DNA of 64,000 bases from Deltaproteobacteria bacterium (GCA_016189835.1 JACPRU010000057.1:24454-88453); one strand, 5' to 3'; positions 9,701 to 17,909 are shown, counted from the first letter of the stretch. Numbers and translations are program-made. The notes: generated by a model not told the origin, from the letters alone.

Positions 9701-10829
9701 CGCGGGTGAAGGCCTCGGCGGCGCCGCGCAGCGCCGGCACCGCCTCCTTGAAGCGGCGCGCGGCAATGGCGGCGTCGCCCTGCGCGAGACGCTCGTCCCC
9801 CTCGGCGAGCTTCGCCGCCGCGAGCTGCTCGGCGCCGGCGGACACGGCGCGGGCGCGCTCGGTCCCCGCGAAGGCGCGCGCGTTCGCCGCGTCGGTGGCG
9901 GCGCGCTCGGAGTCCTCGTCGAGGATCCGCCGCATCACCGCGCGCATCTCGGTCACGCTCGCGAACCGCTGCTCCCTCTCGACCGCCACGCAGCGCTGGA
10001 TCAGCTGGCGGAAGCGCTCGGGCGTCTCCTCCGGGAAGGCGATCGGATGGTCCTGGACGTCCCGCTGCATCATGCGCATCAGCACGCTGTGCTCGGAGAG
10101 GCCGGCGAACATGTGTCGTCCGGCGTAGATCTCGAACAGCACCATGCCGAGCGAGTAGATGTCGGCGCGCGGGTCGATGTCCTTGCCGCGGCGCACCTGC
10201 TCGGGCGAGGCGTACTTCACGGTGCCGATCACTTCGGTCAGCGTGTGTCCGGAATCTTCGGCCGAGATCACCTTGGCGATGCCGAAGTCCATGATCAGCA
10301 CTTTCATGCGACGCTCCCCGCCCTGGGTCTCGACCCGCACCATGACGTTTCCGGGCTTGATGTCCCGGTGCACCATGGGCTGCGGACGATGGGTCTCGGG
10401 GTTGACGAAGCCGTGGGCGACCTCCAGGCCGCGCGCCAGCTCGATGCCGATCTCCATCACCTCGGACAGCGGCAAGCCGCGGCCGCGCTCAGCGACGTAG
10501 GAGGCCAGGTAGTCCTTCAGGGTCTGCCCCTCGATGAAGGGCATGACCAGGTAGGGGAACTCTCCCTCCTCGCTGTAGGAGAGCACGGGAACGATGTTCT
10601 CGTGCTCGAGCATGCACATCTTCTCCGCTTCCTGGCGGAAGCGAGCCATGACGCCGGCGTCGCTGGCATACTGCGGCAGCACCGTCTTCAGCGCGCGGAT
10701 CCGGCTGACGGCGCCGACCTGCTCGCGGACCTTGTAGACCAGGCCCATGCCGCCGAAGCCGATCACCTCGACGACCTCGTACTTGCCGCCGACCTTGGCG
10801 CCGGCCGAGAGGATGGAGGGTTGAGCCAT
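6759..10829 (-). CDS. Giant Hanks-type Ser/Thr protein kinase: kinase domain, ~650-aa Ala/Arg/Glu-rich repeat region, one TM helix, and an extracytoplasmic Pro-rich + PKD/Ig-like + NTF2-like module
   Basis: 1356 aa. Kinase motifs are GFGGMGLVYKV, HRDIKPGNVMV, DFGIAK and SPEQ. The TM helix VGVGAGAVAALVAVLVLA is at about aa 957-977. The C-terminus QQYCRAFETKDTDALIAL...VVSFDRIDHW is SnoaL/NTF2-like. Confidence 0.9.
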   Translation of the reverse strand: MAQPSILSAGAKVGGKYEVVEVIGFGGMGLVYKVREQVGAVSRIRALKTVLPQYASDAGVMARFRQEAEKMCMLEHENIVPVLSYSEEGEFPYLVMPFIEGQTLKDYLASYVAERGRGLPLSEVMEIGIELARGLEVAHGFVNPETHRPQPMVHRDIKPGNVMVRVETQGGERRMKVLIMDFGIAKVISAEDSGHTLTEVIGTVKYASPEQVRRGKDIDPRADIYSLGMVLFEIYAGRHMFAGLSEHSVLMRMMQRDVQDHPIAFPEETPERFRQLIQRCVAVEREQRFASVTEMRAVMRRILDEDSERAATDAANARAFAGTERARAVSAGAEQLAAAKLAEGDERLAQGDAAIAARRFKEAVPALRGAAEAFTRAAEDAAEARERARLRAGLSSLAQLRATTLAAEAAQIATPLLSAAEQAMQALEKALAADDLTGGARALAQAERAWREAEASASQERRRREATAASERLEGALAAHRAELARLPASLREAAGGADLGPVEAGARAARDAAAGGDFDGARAAVEQAASALSALERRRSEVVARRVGELTATLSARLASVESAPGVELAAAAHAKARAAAERARQLAERRQLVEAAGELAQALSAVEQLEAEVAERVAESERRRHAAERDRQAEPAARQALEALAQARARLAGAGTARGAEADELGDAAALGAGAERQLAGGEFAEALPRLQEAAERFGRLADAIAAREEQERLVARLGELRRRAMALSQDLGALGPEARHSRAGRRLLAAFAAAEDEANRGDLGAAIRTLEASLPELERYIADTRAELERERRRIEAEAQRHRAEAAIESAARAGDRATGAPAFTAARGRIDEGARALAAEDLPTATAAFADAAQSVESLLAEIERGERLERLAALSRRRDVAVEALAALPSPRSVQRRRKAIAKSLATLEAALRAGDEPESTRWLSEIEASVQAIASDVAAPPARTTSEVPWRTVGVGAGAVAALVAVLVLARGKSPTTAPPQTDLARAVPTSAMAVPVEPPAPPSPEIAVAPPEPLVEPTLAPSVASVEPAAPEATAPPAVEPTAAPPPPLVLASAKPAARALKIAAGSETRFEASLKDPDGASLEWRLGGEPVARGGSVTLGRERTATPGRSRLELVAERAAERVSLRTWDLEIEPPPLGFARLEPAARSVERPNGGPVSFHAPIKDSGAEKLSFVWQVNGQTAAGIDGPAYEFRPNGPGEYLVQVRATAPWGASIANTWKLSVKPPPPPTPAVVEELRRPLPSDPRGEAQAWIQQYCRAFETKDTDALIALGHLASQDQASRLSEALSAMNNLQVSCSNPSVQLSGDQAVVSFDRIDHWTDPRGTEMERALPRITKTLRRSTGRWVAVP

Positions 10830-10836
10830 CCGCGGG

Positions 10837-11577
10837 TCAGTCCGGCGCGCAGCGGACCGCGATCACCGTCGCGTTGTCCTTGCCGCCGGCGCGGTTCGCC
10901 GCCTCGATCAGCTGGCGGCAGACGGCCTGCGGATCGGCCGCGTGCGTCACCAGGATCGCGCAGATCTCCTCGGCGGCGAGCATGCCGGAGATGCCGTCGC
11001 TGCACAGCACGTAGACGTCCTCGGCCTCGACCGTGATGCGTCGCACGTCGGCGGTGGCGTCTCCGCCGGCGCCGAGCGCCCGGGTGAGCACGTGGCGATA
11101 CGGGTGTGCCTTGGCCTCGGCCTCGGAGATCTCGTGATCGCGCAACAGATCGTTGACGATCGTGTGGTCGCTGGTGAGCAGCTCGAGCTCGCCGCCCCGC
11201 AGCCGGTAGGCCCGGCTGTCGCCCACGTGCACCACGGCGCCGCCGCTCTGGCCGTCGAGCAGCAGGGCGACCAGCGTCGTCCCCATGCGCTCCAGCGCGG
11301 CGTCGCTCGCGGCGCGCTCGAGGATCCGCTGGTTGGCGCGGCCGACCGCGTCGACGAAGCGTGCGAGCGCCGCATCGAACTCGGCGGTGGGTCCCGGCGG
11401 CGGCAGCGACTGCTGGATGGTCGCCACGGCGGTCTCGCTGGCCTGCTTGCCGCCCTTGTGGCCGCCCATGCCGTCGGCCACCACGAACAGGTTGTGCTCC
11501 GGGAAAAGCCCGCTACTGTCCTGATTCTCCTGGCGAACACGCCCGATGTCGGACAGGGCGAAACCGTGGATTCTCAT
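10837..11577 (-). CDS. PP2C-family Ser/Thr phosphatase
   Basis: 246 aa starting MRIHGFALSDIGRVRQENQDS, with VVADGMGGH and DNATVIAV. The ATG at 11577 overlaps the stop of the upstream gene (ATGA). The longer track ORF to 12840 is a spurious extension. Confidence 0.92.
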   Translation of the reverse strand: MRIHGFALSDIGRVRQENQDSSGLFPEHNLFVVADGMGGHKGGKQASETAVATIQQSLPPPGPTAEFDAALARFVDAVGRANQRILERAASDAALERMGTTLVALLLDGQSGGAVVHVGDSRAYRLRGGELELLTSDHTIVNDLLRDHEISEAEAKAHPYRHVLTRALGAGGDATADVRRITVEAEDVYVLCSDGISGMLAAEEICAILVTHAADPQAVCRQLIEAANRAGGKDNATVIAVRCAPD

Positions 11578-12761
11578 TCGCTGCGCCGGGTGCTTGCGTC
11601 CACGACCAACCCCAACCCCATCGTCAGAAAGAAGGCTTCCAGCACCTCGCTGTCCCCGAAATTGTACTCGACCAGGCCGGCCACGTGAAAGCCCACGAAG
11701 GTCGCCAGCACCGCCACCGCGACCGGCTGCAGGATCGCGTCGTCGCGAGAATTTCGTCGGTAGGCGCGCCACGATACCGCGGCGAAGCGCGCCATCCACC
11801 ACAGGAACGCGGCCAAGCCCAGGAAACCGCCCTCCAGGGTGACTTGCAGGAGGTTGTTGTGCGCGTGCTTGTGGTGCTGGGGGATGTTGGGATAGTCGCG
11901 CAGAATCGCACCGTTCTTCCGTCCGACGCCCATCGGAAAACGCTGCACGACGTCGACCGCCGCGAGCCAGATGTCGTGGCGATTCCCCGGCAGGAGCAGG
12001 TCGCGGGCGGAGTTGGCGATCCGCGCCCGCACCGGCGAGACGGCGACCACGGTCACGACGATCAGCGCGGCGGCGATCAACCCCACCCGCCGCGAGATCA
12101 GCGCGGCCACCGTGCCGACCGTGGCGACGACGCCCAGCCAGACCCCGCGCTTCAGGTTGACGATCAGCGCGAGCACGTAGACGACCAGCGCGAGCCGCGG
12201 CCGCCACCCCGGCGCCGCTCCGTGCATCAATCGGGGAAGGACGAGGCCGATCGCGAACAGCAGCTGGCCCGACTGCGTCATGTGGCCGAGGAACAGGCGC
12301 GGGAATAGCGACGGCGCGGCGGCCCCGAGGACGGTATACCCGGCGGTCACGGCGGAGCCGGCGAGAAAGCACGCGATCAGCTTCGAGGCCCGCTCGGGCG
12401 TGCTCGCGTGGACGTAGACCAGGTAGACGATGACGATCTGGAGGTACGACCGCAGGCCCCACAAGCTCGCCCGCGTGTCGAGGCCGACGACGGCGGCGAG
12501 CAAGGCGCTCAGGGCGAAGCCGGCGATCGGCGCGTCGAGCGGCGTGGGCGCACGCGGGAAGCCCCGCGCGCGCCACTCGGCCGCCGCCGCCACGGTGGTC
12601 AGGGTCAGCAGCAATTGGGCGATGAAGATCGAGAACGGGACGGAAAACGCGAACGCGCAGAGCAGCCACCACACCGCGGATCGCAGCTCCACGCCGAGCC
12701 AGGCGAGCCGCGGCTCGGGCGGCCCGCCGGGGGGGCGAGCGGCGACCACCTCGCTCACCAT
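11574..12761 (-). CDS. O-antigen ligase / Wzy_C-family polytopic membrane protein
   Basis: 395 aa from MVSEVV, with about 10 hydrophobic segments. The periplasmic-loop motif is HKHAHNNLLQVTLEGGFLGL. The start overlaps the ggt stop by 7 nt. Confidence 0.8.
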   Translation of the reverse strand: MVSEVVAARPPGGPPEPRLAWLGVELRSAVWWLLCAFAFSVPFSIFIAQLLLTLTTVAAAAEWRARGFPRAPTPLDAPIAGFALSALLAAVVGLDTRASLWGLRSYLQIVIVYLVYVHASTPERASKLIACFLAGSAVTAGYTVLGAAAPSLFPRLFLGHMTQSGQLLFAIGLVLPRLMHGAAPGWRPRLALVVYVLALIVNLKRGVWLGVVATVGTVAALISRRVGLIAAALIVVTVVAVSPVRARIANSARDLLLPGNRHDIWLAAVDVVQRFPMGVGRKNGAILRDYPNIPQHHKHAHNNLLQVTLEGGFLGLAAFLWWMARFAAVSWRAYRRNSRDDAILQPVAVAVLATFVGFHVAGLVEYNFGDSEVLEAFFLTMGLGLVVDASTRRSE

Positions 12762-14461
12762 CCGGCCGCCACGCCCCCCTTGCGCGGATCCGCAGCGCCG
12801 ACCAGGCCCCGCGCGGTGACCTGCACGGCCTGGACCGCACCCAGGTCGCGCGCGGGCGCGAGATCGTGACCGAGCTTGCGGAGGCCCGCGACCAGCGCCG
12901 GAGCGAGCGTCGGCTCGAAGAACAACCGGTCCGGGACGGCCTGATGGTGGATGCGGGGTGCGGCCACGGCGGCCTCGAGCGGCATGCCGAAGTCGATGAC
13001 GTTCACCAGGGCCGCGACCGCCGCCGTGATGATGCGCGGCCCGCCCGAGCCGCCGAGGGCGAGCACCGGTGCCCGCTCGCGCAGCACGAGCACCGGGCTC
13101 ATGCTCGACAGCGGGCGCTTGCCGGCGCCGATGGCGTTGGCTTCGTTGCCGACCAGCCCGTACACGTTGGCGGCGCCGGGTGCGGCGGAGAAGTCGTCCA
13201 TCTCGTTGTTGAGGATGATCCCGGTGCCCGGCACGACGACCATCGAGCCGAACCCGGTGTTGATCGTCGAGCTGACGGCGACCGCGTTGCCGTGCTCGTC
13301 CATCACCGAAGTGTGCGCGGTCCCGCCCTGCCCGGGAGTCGCAGCGGCGCCCGCCGTGCCGCCCGCGGCGATCTCGCGCCGCAGCTCCGCGGCGTGCTGC
13401 TGCGAGACCAGCCGGGCGATCGGCACGTCGGTGAAGTCCGGATCGCCGTAGAATCGGGCGCGGTCGTGAAAGGCCGCGGCCTCGGCCTGGGCGATCCGGT
13501 GGAGCGCGAATGCGCCGCTCAGCCCCGCGCCGCGAAGGTCGTAGCCGGAGAGCACGTTCAGGATCTCGAGCACGACGCCGCCGCCGGTCGGCGGCGGGGC
13601 GGCGATCACCGTCGCGTCGCGGTAGCGAGCGTGCAGCGGCTCGCGCAGCCGCACCCGGTAGTCGCGCAGGTCCTCCGCGGTGAGTAGGCCGTGCTGCCCG
13701 GCGATCGTACGGGCGATGCTCTCGGCGAGCGATCCCTCGTAGAACGCCTGCTCCCCGCCCTCCGCGATCGCCCGCAGCGTGGCGGCGAGGTCCGCCTGCG
13801 CCAGCCGCTCGCCCTCGGCGAACGGCGCTCCGTCGGGCTTCAGGTAAATCGCCGCGAGATCGGCGTGGCGGCGAATCTCCTCGGCGTGGCGATGCAGCTC
13901 CTCCGCGAGGTGGCGCCCCACCGGGAAGCCTTGCGCGGCATGGCGGATCGCCGGCTCGAGGACCGTCGCGAGCGGCAGCGTCCCGAAGTCGCGCAGCAAG
14001 CGCGTCAGGCCCCGCACCTCTCCCGGCACGGCGACGGCGAGAGCGCCGCGCAGCGACAGACGGGGGTCGACTTGGCCGTCGCGTACGTACATGTGCGCGG
14101 CCGCGCCGCGCGGCGCGGTCTCGCGGAAGTCGAGCACCTCCAGGCGGTGCGATCGGGCGTCGTGCACGAGCGCGAACCCTCCGCCGCCGATGCCGCAGGA
14201 GGACGGGTTCACCACGCCGGTGGCGAACACCGCGGCGACCGCGGCATCGACCGCGTTGCCGCCGCGGCGAAACATCTCCACACCGGCCTGCGCGGCGAGC
14301 TCGTGCTCGGCGGCCACCATGCCGTGCGCCGCGGCGGCCCACAGCGGCCGCTGCCCGGCGAGTAGGGTGAGCAGGACGAATGCGAGCAAGCGACGCAAGG
14401 AGTCTCTCGGTGTCGGCGAGACGATGCGGGACGCCTGCTTGTAATCGGCGATGATGGCCAT
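12755..14461 (-). CDS. ggt: Gamma-glutamyltranspeptidase
   Basis: 568 aa with a signal-like N-terminus. Motifs include CGIGGGGF, the autoprocessing site GGTAHTSVMD and GGSGGPRI. The start codon is uncertain because it overlaps the divergent gene. Confidence 0.9.
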   Translation of the reverse strand: MAIIADYKQASRIVSPTPRDSLRRLLAFVLLTLLAGQRPLWAAAAHGMVAAEHELAAQAGVEMFRRGGNAVDAAVAAVFATGVVNPSSCGIGGGGFALVHDARSHRLEVLDFRETAPRGAAAHMYVRDGQVDPRLSLRGALAVAVPGEVRGLTRLLRDFGTLPLATVLEPAIRHAAQGFPVGRHLAEELHRHAEEIRRHADLAAIYLKPDGAPFAEGERLAQADLAATLRAIAEGGEQAFYEGSLAESIARTIAGQHGLLTAEDLRDYRVRLREPLHARYRDATVIAAPPPTGGGVVLEILNVLSGYDLRGAGLSGAFALHRIAQAEAAAFHDRARFYGDPDFTDVPIARLVSQQHAAELRREIAAGGTAGAAATPGQGGTAHTSVMDEHGNAVAVSSTINTGFGSMVVVPGTGIILNNEMDDFSAAPGAANVYGLVGNEANAIGAGKRPLSSMSPVLVLRERAPVLALGGSGGPRIITAAVAALVNVIDFGMPLEAAVAAPRIHHQAVPDRLFFEPTLAPALVAGLRKLGHDLAPARDLGAVQAVQVTARGLVGAADPRKGGVAAGW

Positions 14462-14471
14462 TTCAACCGTG

Positions 14472-15692
14472 ATGATTTATGTACGGCGCGAGATGGCCGG
14501 CGAGGCGAGAAGCCCGGTTTCCGCGGGCCCCGCGGAGGAGGAGTTCCTCGAGAAGAGCTTCTACCTCGACGAGTTTCACGAGAAGACCCTGCTGTTCGCC
14601 GTCGCCCCCGGCCCGGTCGACGAGGGCGAGCTCGCGAGCTTCTCCACGACCGCCCGCGAGCTGATTCGTGAAGACGCGCGCTTGATCGTCGTGGTCGGCG
14701 ACGCGGAGACCGCCCGCAAGCTCGAAGGGCGCTTCCGCCGCTTGGCGTCGGCGAGCCTCTCCGAGCCGCTGTTCGCGGAGGACGAGGAGCGGCGGCGGCG
14801 GACGATCGTGGTCGAAGCGCGGGCTGCCGAACCGGAGATCGAGTCGCTCCTGCGGCTGTGGAGCCTGCTGCGCGCAGGGCCGATCGCGGTCGTCTGGATG
14901 CCGGACGCGGCGTGGATGGCGATCGCCCGCTACGCGGTGAAGCTGGCGGCGCGATTGAGGGTTCACAAGCTCGTGCTGGTGGACCCCGAGGGCGGCGTCG
15001 GCGGGGATCGCGTGCTCTCCTTCCTCGACGAGAGCGTGCTCGAGACGCTGCTCGGCGCCGGCCAGGCGGAGTGGGCGGGGCTCGGCCACCGCCGGCCGCT
15101 CATCCAGGTGATCCGCGAGGGACTGATCGACGGCGTGCCGTCGATCAACCTGTGTACGCTCGGCGGGCTGCCTCGCGAGCTCTACACCTACGAGGGGTCC
15201 GGGACGCTGTTCACGCTCGAGGACTACTGTCGCGTGGAGCCGCTCGGGGTCGACGATTTCCGCGAGGTCGAGCGGCTGATCGAGCGCGGCCAGCGCGATG
15301 GGTTCTTGAAGATCCGCAGCCGGGAAGAGATCGGCGAGATCCTCTTCACCGGGTTCGGCGCGACCATCGCCTCCGGCCATCTGGCCGGGGTCGGCTCGCT
15401 GCTCTGCGATCGCTATCGGGGCGAGCGCGCCGGGGAGGTGGTGGCGCTCTACACCGTGAGCCGGTTCAAGGGCGAGGGCGTGGGCGCCAAGCTGCTCGCG
15501 CGGATCTTGACCGATGCGCGGCGTCGGGAGCTGTCGAGCGTCTTCGCGTGCACGACCGAGGAACGGGCCGCGCAATTCTTCCTGCGGCACGGATTTCGCG
15601 TCGTGAGCCCGGCCGACGTGCCGGCCGCGAAGTGGGTCGGTTACGATCCCGAGCGCATGCGGCGGCTGGTGGTCTTGCGGCTCGAGCTGTGA
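14472..15692 (+). CDS. N-acetylglutamate-synthase-like protein (degenerate amino-acid-kinase domain + GNAT domain)
   Basis: The N-terminus has FHEKTLLFAV...ARLIVVVGD, which is AAK-like. The C-terminus has VALYTVSRFKGEGVGAKLL...FFLRHGF, a GNAT fold. The start is ambiguous (14451, 14472 or 14493). Confidence 0.6.
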   Translation: MIYVRREMAGEARSPVSAGPAEEEFLEKSFYLDEFHEKTLLFAVAPGPVDEGELASFSTTARELIREDARLIVVVGDAETARKLEGRFRRLASASLSEPLFAEDEERRRRTIVVEARAAEPEIESLLRLWSLLRAGPIAVVWMPDAAWMAIARYAVKLAARLRVHKLVLVDPEGGVGGDRVLSFLDESVLETLLGAGQAEWAGLGHRRPLIQVIREGLIDGVPSINLCTLGGLPRELYTYEGSGTLFTLEDYCRVEPLGVDDFREVERLIERGQRDGFLKIRSREEIGEILFTGFGATIASGHLAGVGSLLCDRYRGERAGEVVALYTVSRFKGEGVGAKLLARILTDARRRELSSVFACTTEERAAQFFLRHGFRVVSPADVPAAKWVGYDPERMRRLVVLRLEL

Positions 15693-16522
15693 GCGATCCG
15701 CTCGCATACGTCGGCCTCGATCTCGGCATCAGTACGACGGATGCCGTGGCCGGCTGGGCGGGCGAGCGGTCCGTCCACGTGCCGACCGCGCCGCCCGAGG
15801 AGAGCGCGCGCGCCGCGCTGCGCCTGCTGCTCGAACGAACGGGCTCGCCGCCGGGCACGCTGGTGATCGCCGCCACCGGGGTAGGGGCGCAGCGGCTGCC
15901 GCGGCGGTTGGACGGCTGCGAGGTTCGCCGCGTGGCCGAGATCACCGCGATCGGCCGGGGCGGCCTCGGCCTCGCTGGAGGACGCGAGGCGCTGGTGGTG
16001 TCGCTCGGCACCGGCACGGCGATGGTCTCGGTGCGCGGCGCCGCGATCGAGCACGTCACGCCCGGAAACGGCGTCGGCGGCGGCACGCTGCTCGGGCTCG
16101 CCCGCGCGCTGCTCGGCACCGACGACGTGAGCGAGATCAGCCGCCTCGCGGAGCGCGGCGACCGCACGCGGCTCGACATCACCATCGGCGAGGTCTGCGG
16201 CGGTTCGCTCGGCGCGCTGCCCGCCGACGGGACCGCCAGCAACTTCGCCAAGTACGCCGCCGGGGCCCGCCGCGAAGACGTGGCCGCTGCGCTGCTCAAC
16301 CTGGTCGCCGAAGTCGTGCTGTGGACGGTGCTGCTCGGCTTGCGGGCCGCGACGCAGAGCCGCGCGATCCTGACCGGCAGGCTGCTGCTCGTCGAGCCGA
16401 TCCGGCGCCGCATCGACGAGATCGGCGCTCGCCTCGGCGGCGCGCTGGTGGTGCCACAACGCGCCGCGGTGGCTTCGGCGCTCGGCGCCCTCTGGTCGGC
16501 GCGCGAAGGGGTCGCGGAATGA
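15689..16522 (+). CDS. coaW: Type II (CoaW/Fumble-type) pantothenate-kinase-like protein
   Basis: The GTG at 15689 overlaps the upstream stop (GTGA). VGLDLGISTTD, SLGTGTAMVSV, GVGGGTLLGLARALL, GDRTRLDITIG and TASNFAKY match my recollection of Staphylococcus CoaW. Confidence 0.65.
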   Translation: MSDPLAYVGLDLGISTTDAVAGWAGERSVHVPTAPPEESARAALRLLLERTGSPPGTLVIAATGVGAQRLPRRLDGCEVRRVAEITAIGRGGLGLAGGREALVVSLGTGTAMVSVRGAAIEHVTPGNGVGGGTLLGLARALLGTDDVSEISRLAERGDRTRLDITIGEVCGGSLGALPADGTASNFAKYAAGARREDVAAALLNLVAEVVLWTVLLGLRAATQSRAILTGRLLLVEPIRRRIDEIGARLGGALVVPQRAAVASALGALWSAREGVAE

Positions 16523-16992
16523 AGGCGGGGCGCGCGGCGCTGCTGGCGCTGGCGGCGCTGGCGGCTTGCCGGCGAGGCCCCGACCGCGCCGCCGAGCAGA
16601 TCCTCGAGCAGGTGATCGAGTCGGGGGGACGGGAAGCCGAGGTGGCCATCGATCGGGATCGTGGATCGATCACCGTGCAGCTCGGGCGTGCGACGGCGCC
16701 GCCCGGCTGGCCTTCGGGGGTGCCGATCTACCCGCACGCCAGTCGCGCGAAGGTCGAGCACGGCGGCGGCGACACGCGGCGGCTGTGGGTGGCGAGCGAC
16801 GATCCGGTAGACGATCTCGCCGCCTTCTACCGTCGCGAGCTCGGCTCGGCGGGATGGCAGGTCGAGGAGGGAGCGCCCGGTGCCCGCCGCTGGGCGGCGC
16901 GGCGCGGTGCGGAGAGCCTGCGGCTCCGCTTCGTTCGCCGCGCCGAGCACGGCGACAGCCGCGCCGAGATCGAATACGAGGTCGGCTCGTAG
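16519..16992 (+). CDS. Lipoprotein, unknown function
   Basis: ATGA overlap with coaW. MKAGRAALLALAALAAC provides a lipobox. 157 aa. Confidence 0.6.
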   Translation: MKAGRAALLALAALAACRRGPDRAAEQILEQVIESGGREAEVAIDRDRGSITVQLGRATAPPGWPSGVPIYPHASRAKVEHGGGDTRRLWVASDDPVDDLAAFYRRELGSAGWQVEEGAPGARRWAARRGAESLRLRFVRRAEHGDSRAEIEYEVGS

Positions 16993-17011
16993 CCCGGCGC
17001 AGGAGGCAACG

Positions 17012-17299
17012 ATGGCGGTGTACCTGAAATCGGTGGCGTCTCTGATCGTGCTGCTCGGGGTGCTGAGCGGCGCTCGCTTCGCCTCGCTGGTCGCGCGCGA
17101 CGAGAGGTTCCGCAACGCGGCGCTGATGCGCGAGCGCAACGCCGGCAACGTCCTCTTCGAGTCGGAGTATCGCGTCGCGCAGGCCGCGCACGTTTTCTTG
17201 ATCTACTCCGCGGCGGGCTGCTTCCTGATCGCGCTGGTCGGCGGGTCGCTGCTGTGGGGGCTCGGCGCGCTGCACGCGAAGATCGACCGAGCGGCTTGA
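17012..17299 (+). CDS. Small two-TM membrane protein, unknown function
   Basis: AGGAGG at 17001-17006 lies 5 nt before the ATG. 95 aa with two hydrophobic helices. Confidence 0.55.
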   Translation: MAVYLKSVASLIVLLGVLSGARFASLVARDERFRNAALMRERNAGNVLFESEYRVAQAAHVFLIYSAAGCFLIALVGGSLLWGLGALHAKIDRAA

Positions 17300-17302
17300 C
17301 GC

Positions 17303-17860
17303 TCAGACGGCGGGCGGCGCCGGCTCGGCGCGCACCGTGATGTCGATTCTCAACTCCTCGGAGAGTCGGTCGAGCGCGGCTTCGAGGTCGGCCAGGCGCA
17401 CGGAGACGGGCAGGCCCATCTCGATCCGCATCGTGTAGAGCGGCGTGCCGCTCTCCGGCTCGGGTCGCAGGTAGGTCTTCATCTCGCGGATCGTGACGTC
17501 GCGCTCGGCGAGCAGCCGACAGACCCGGGCGACCAGCCCCGCGCGGTCGACGCCGGTGGCGAGCAGCTCGTAGACGTCGCGCTTCTCGCCGTGCCCGTAC
17601 GGCAGCGGCGGGCCCTCGAGCGGGCGGAAGAACACGGTGAGGCGGCGCTCCCACTCGAGGCGCTTGCACGCGGACGACAGCCGCCGCTCGAGGTCCTCGC
17701 CGTCGCCGGTGAAGAGCAGGAGGACGGCGAACTCGCCGCCGAGGATCGTCATGCTCGAGTCCTCGAGGTTGCAGCCGTGCTCGTAGATCAGCTCGGCGAG
17801 GTCGGCGACGATGCCGGGACGGTCCTTGCCGATCGCCGAGAGCGCGTACCATCGCTTCAT
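17303..17860 (-). CDS. gcvR: GcvR-like tandem-ACT-domain regulatory protein
   Basis: 185 aa. YALSAIGKDRPGIVADLAELIYEHGCNLEDSSMTILGGEFAV resembles E. coli GcvR, and a second ACT repeat follows. Confidence 0.75.
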   Translation of the reverse strand: MKRWYALSAIGKDRPGIVADLAELIYEHGCNLEDSSMTILGGEFAVLLLFTGDGEDLERRLSSACKRLEWERRLTVFFRPLEGPPLPYGHGEKRDVYELLATGVDRAGLVARVCRLLAERDVTIREMKTYLRPEPESGTPLYTMRIEMGLPVSVRLADLEAALDRLSEELRIDITVRAEPAPPAV

Positions 17861-17909
17861 GAAGGCGACGCATAGGAGAATCGGGCGCGCGAGACAAGCG
17901 GGCGCCGGC

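Noticed and set aside
6664-11036. Very long ORFs overlapping the kinase gene: 6664..9483 minus (939 aa), 6990..11036 plus (1348 aa), and several others of 150-340 aa.
   Set aside because: Their products are Arg/Gly/Pro/Ala low-complexity strings with no motifs. They lie in alternative frames or antisense to a gene with clear kinase motifs. These are typical shadow ORFs of stop-poor, GC-rich DNA.
11578-14342. N-terminal extensions of the PP2C ORF (to 12840) and of the O-antigen-ligase-like ORF (to 14342).
   Set aside because: The extensions overlap the better-supported Wzy_C and ggt frames and are low-complexity. Internal ATGs at 11577 and 12761 give full-length family members and 4- and 7-nt gene overlaps.
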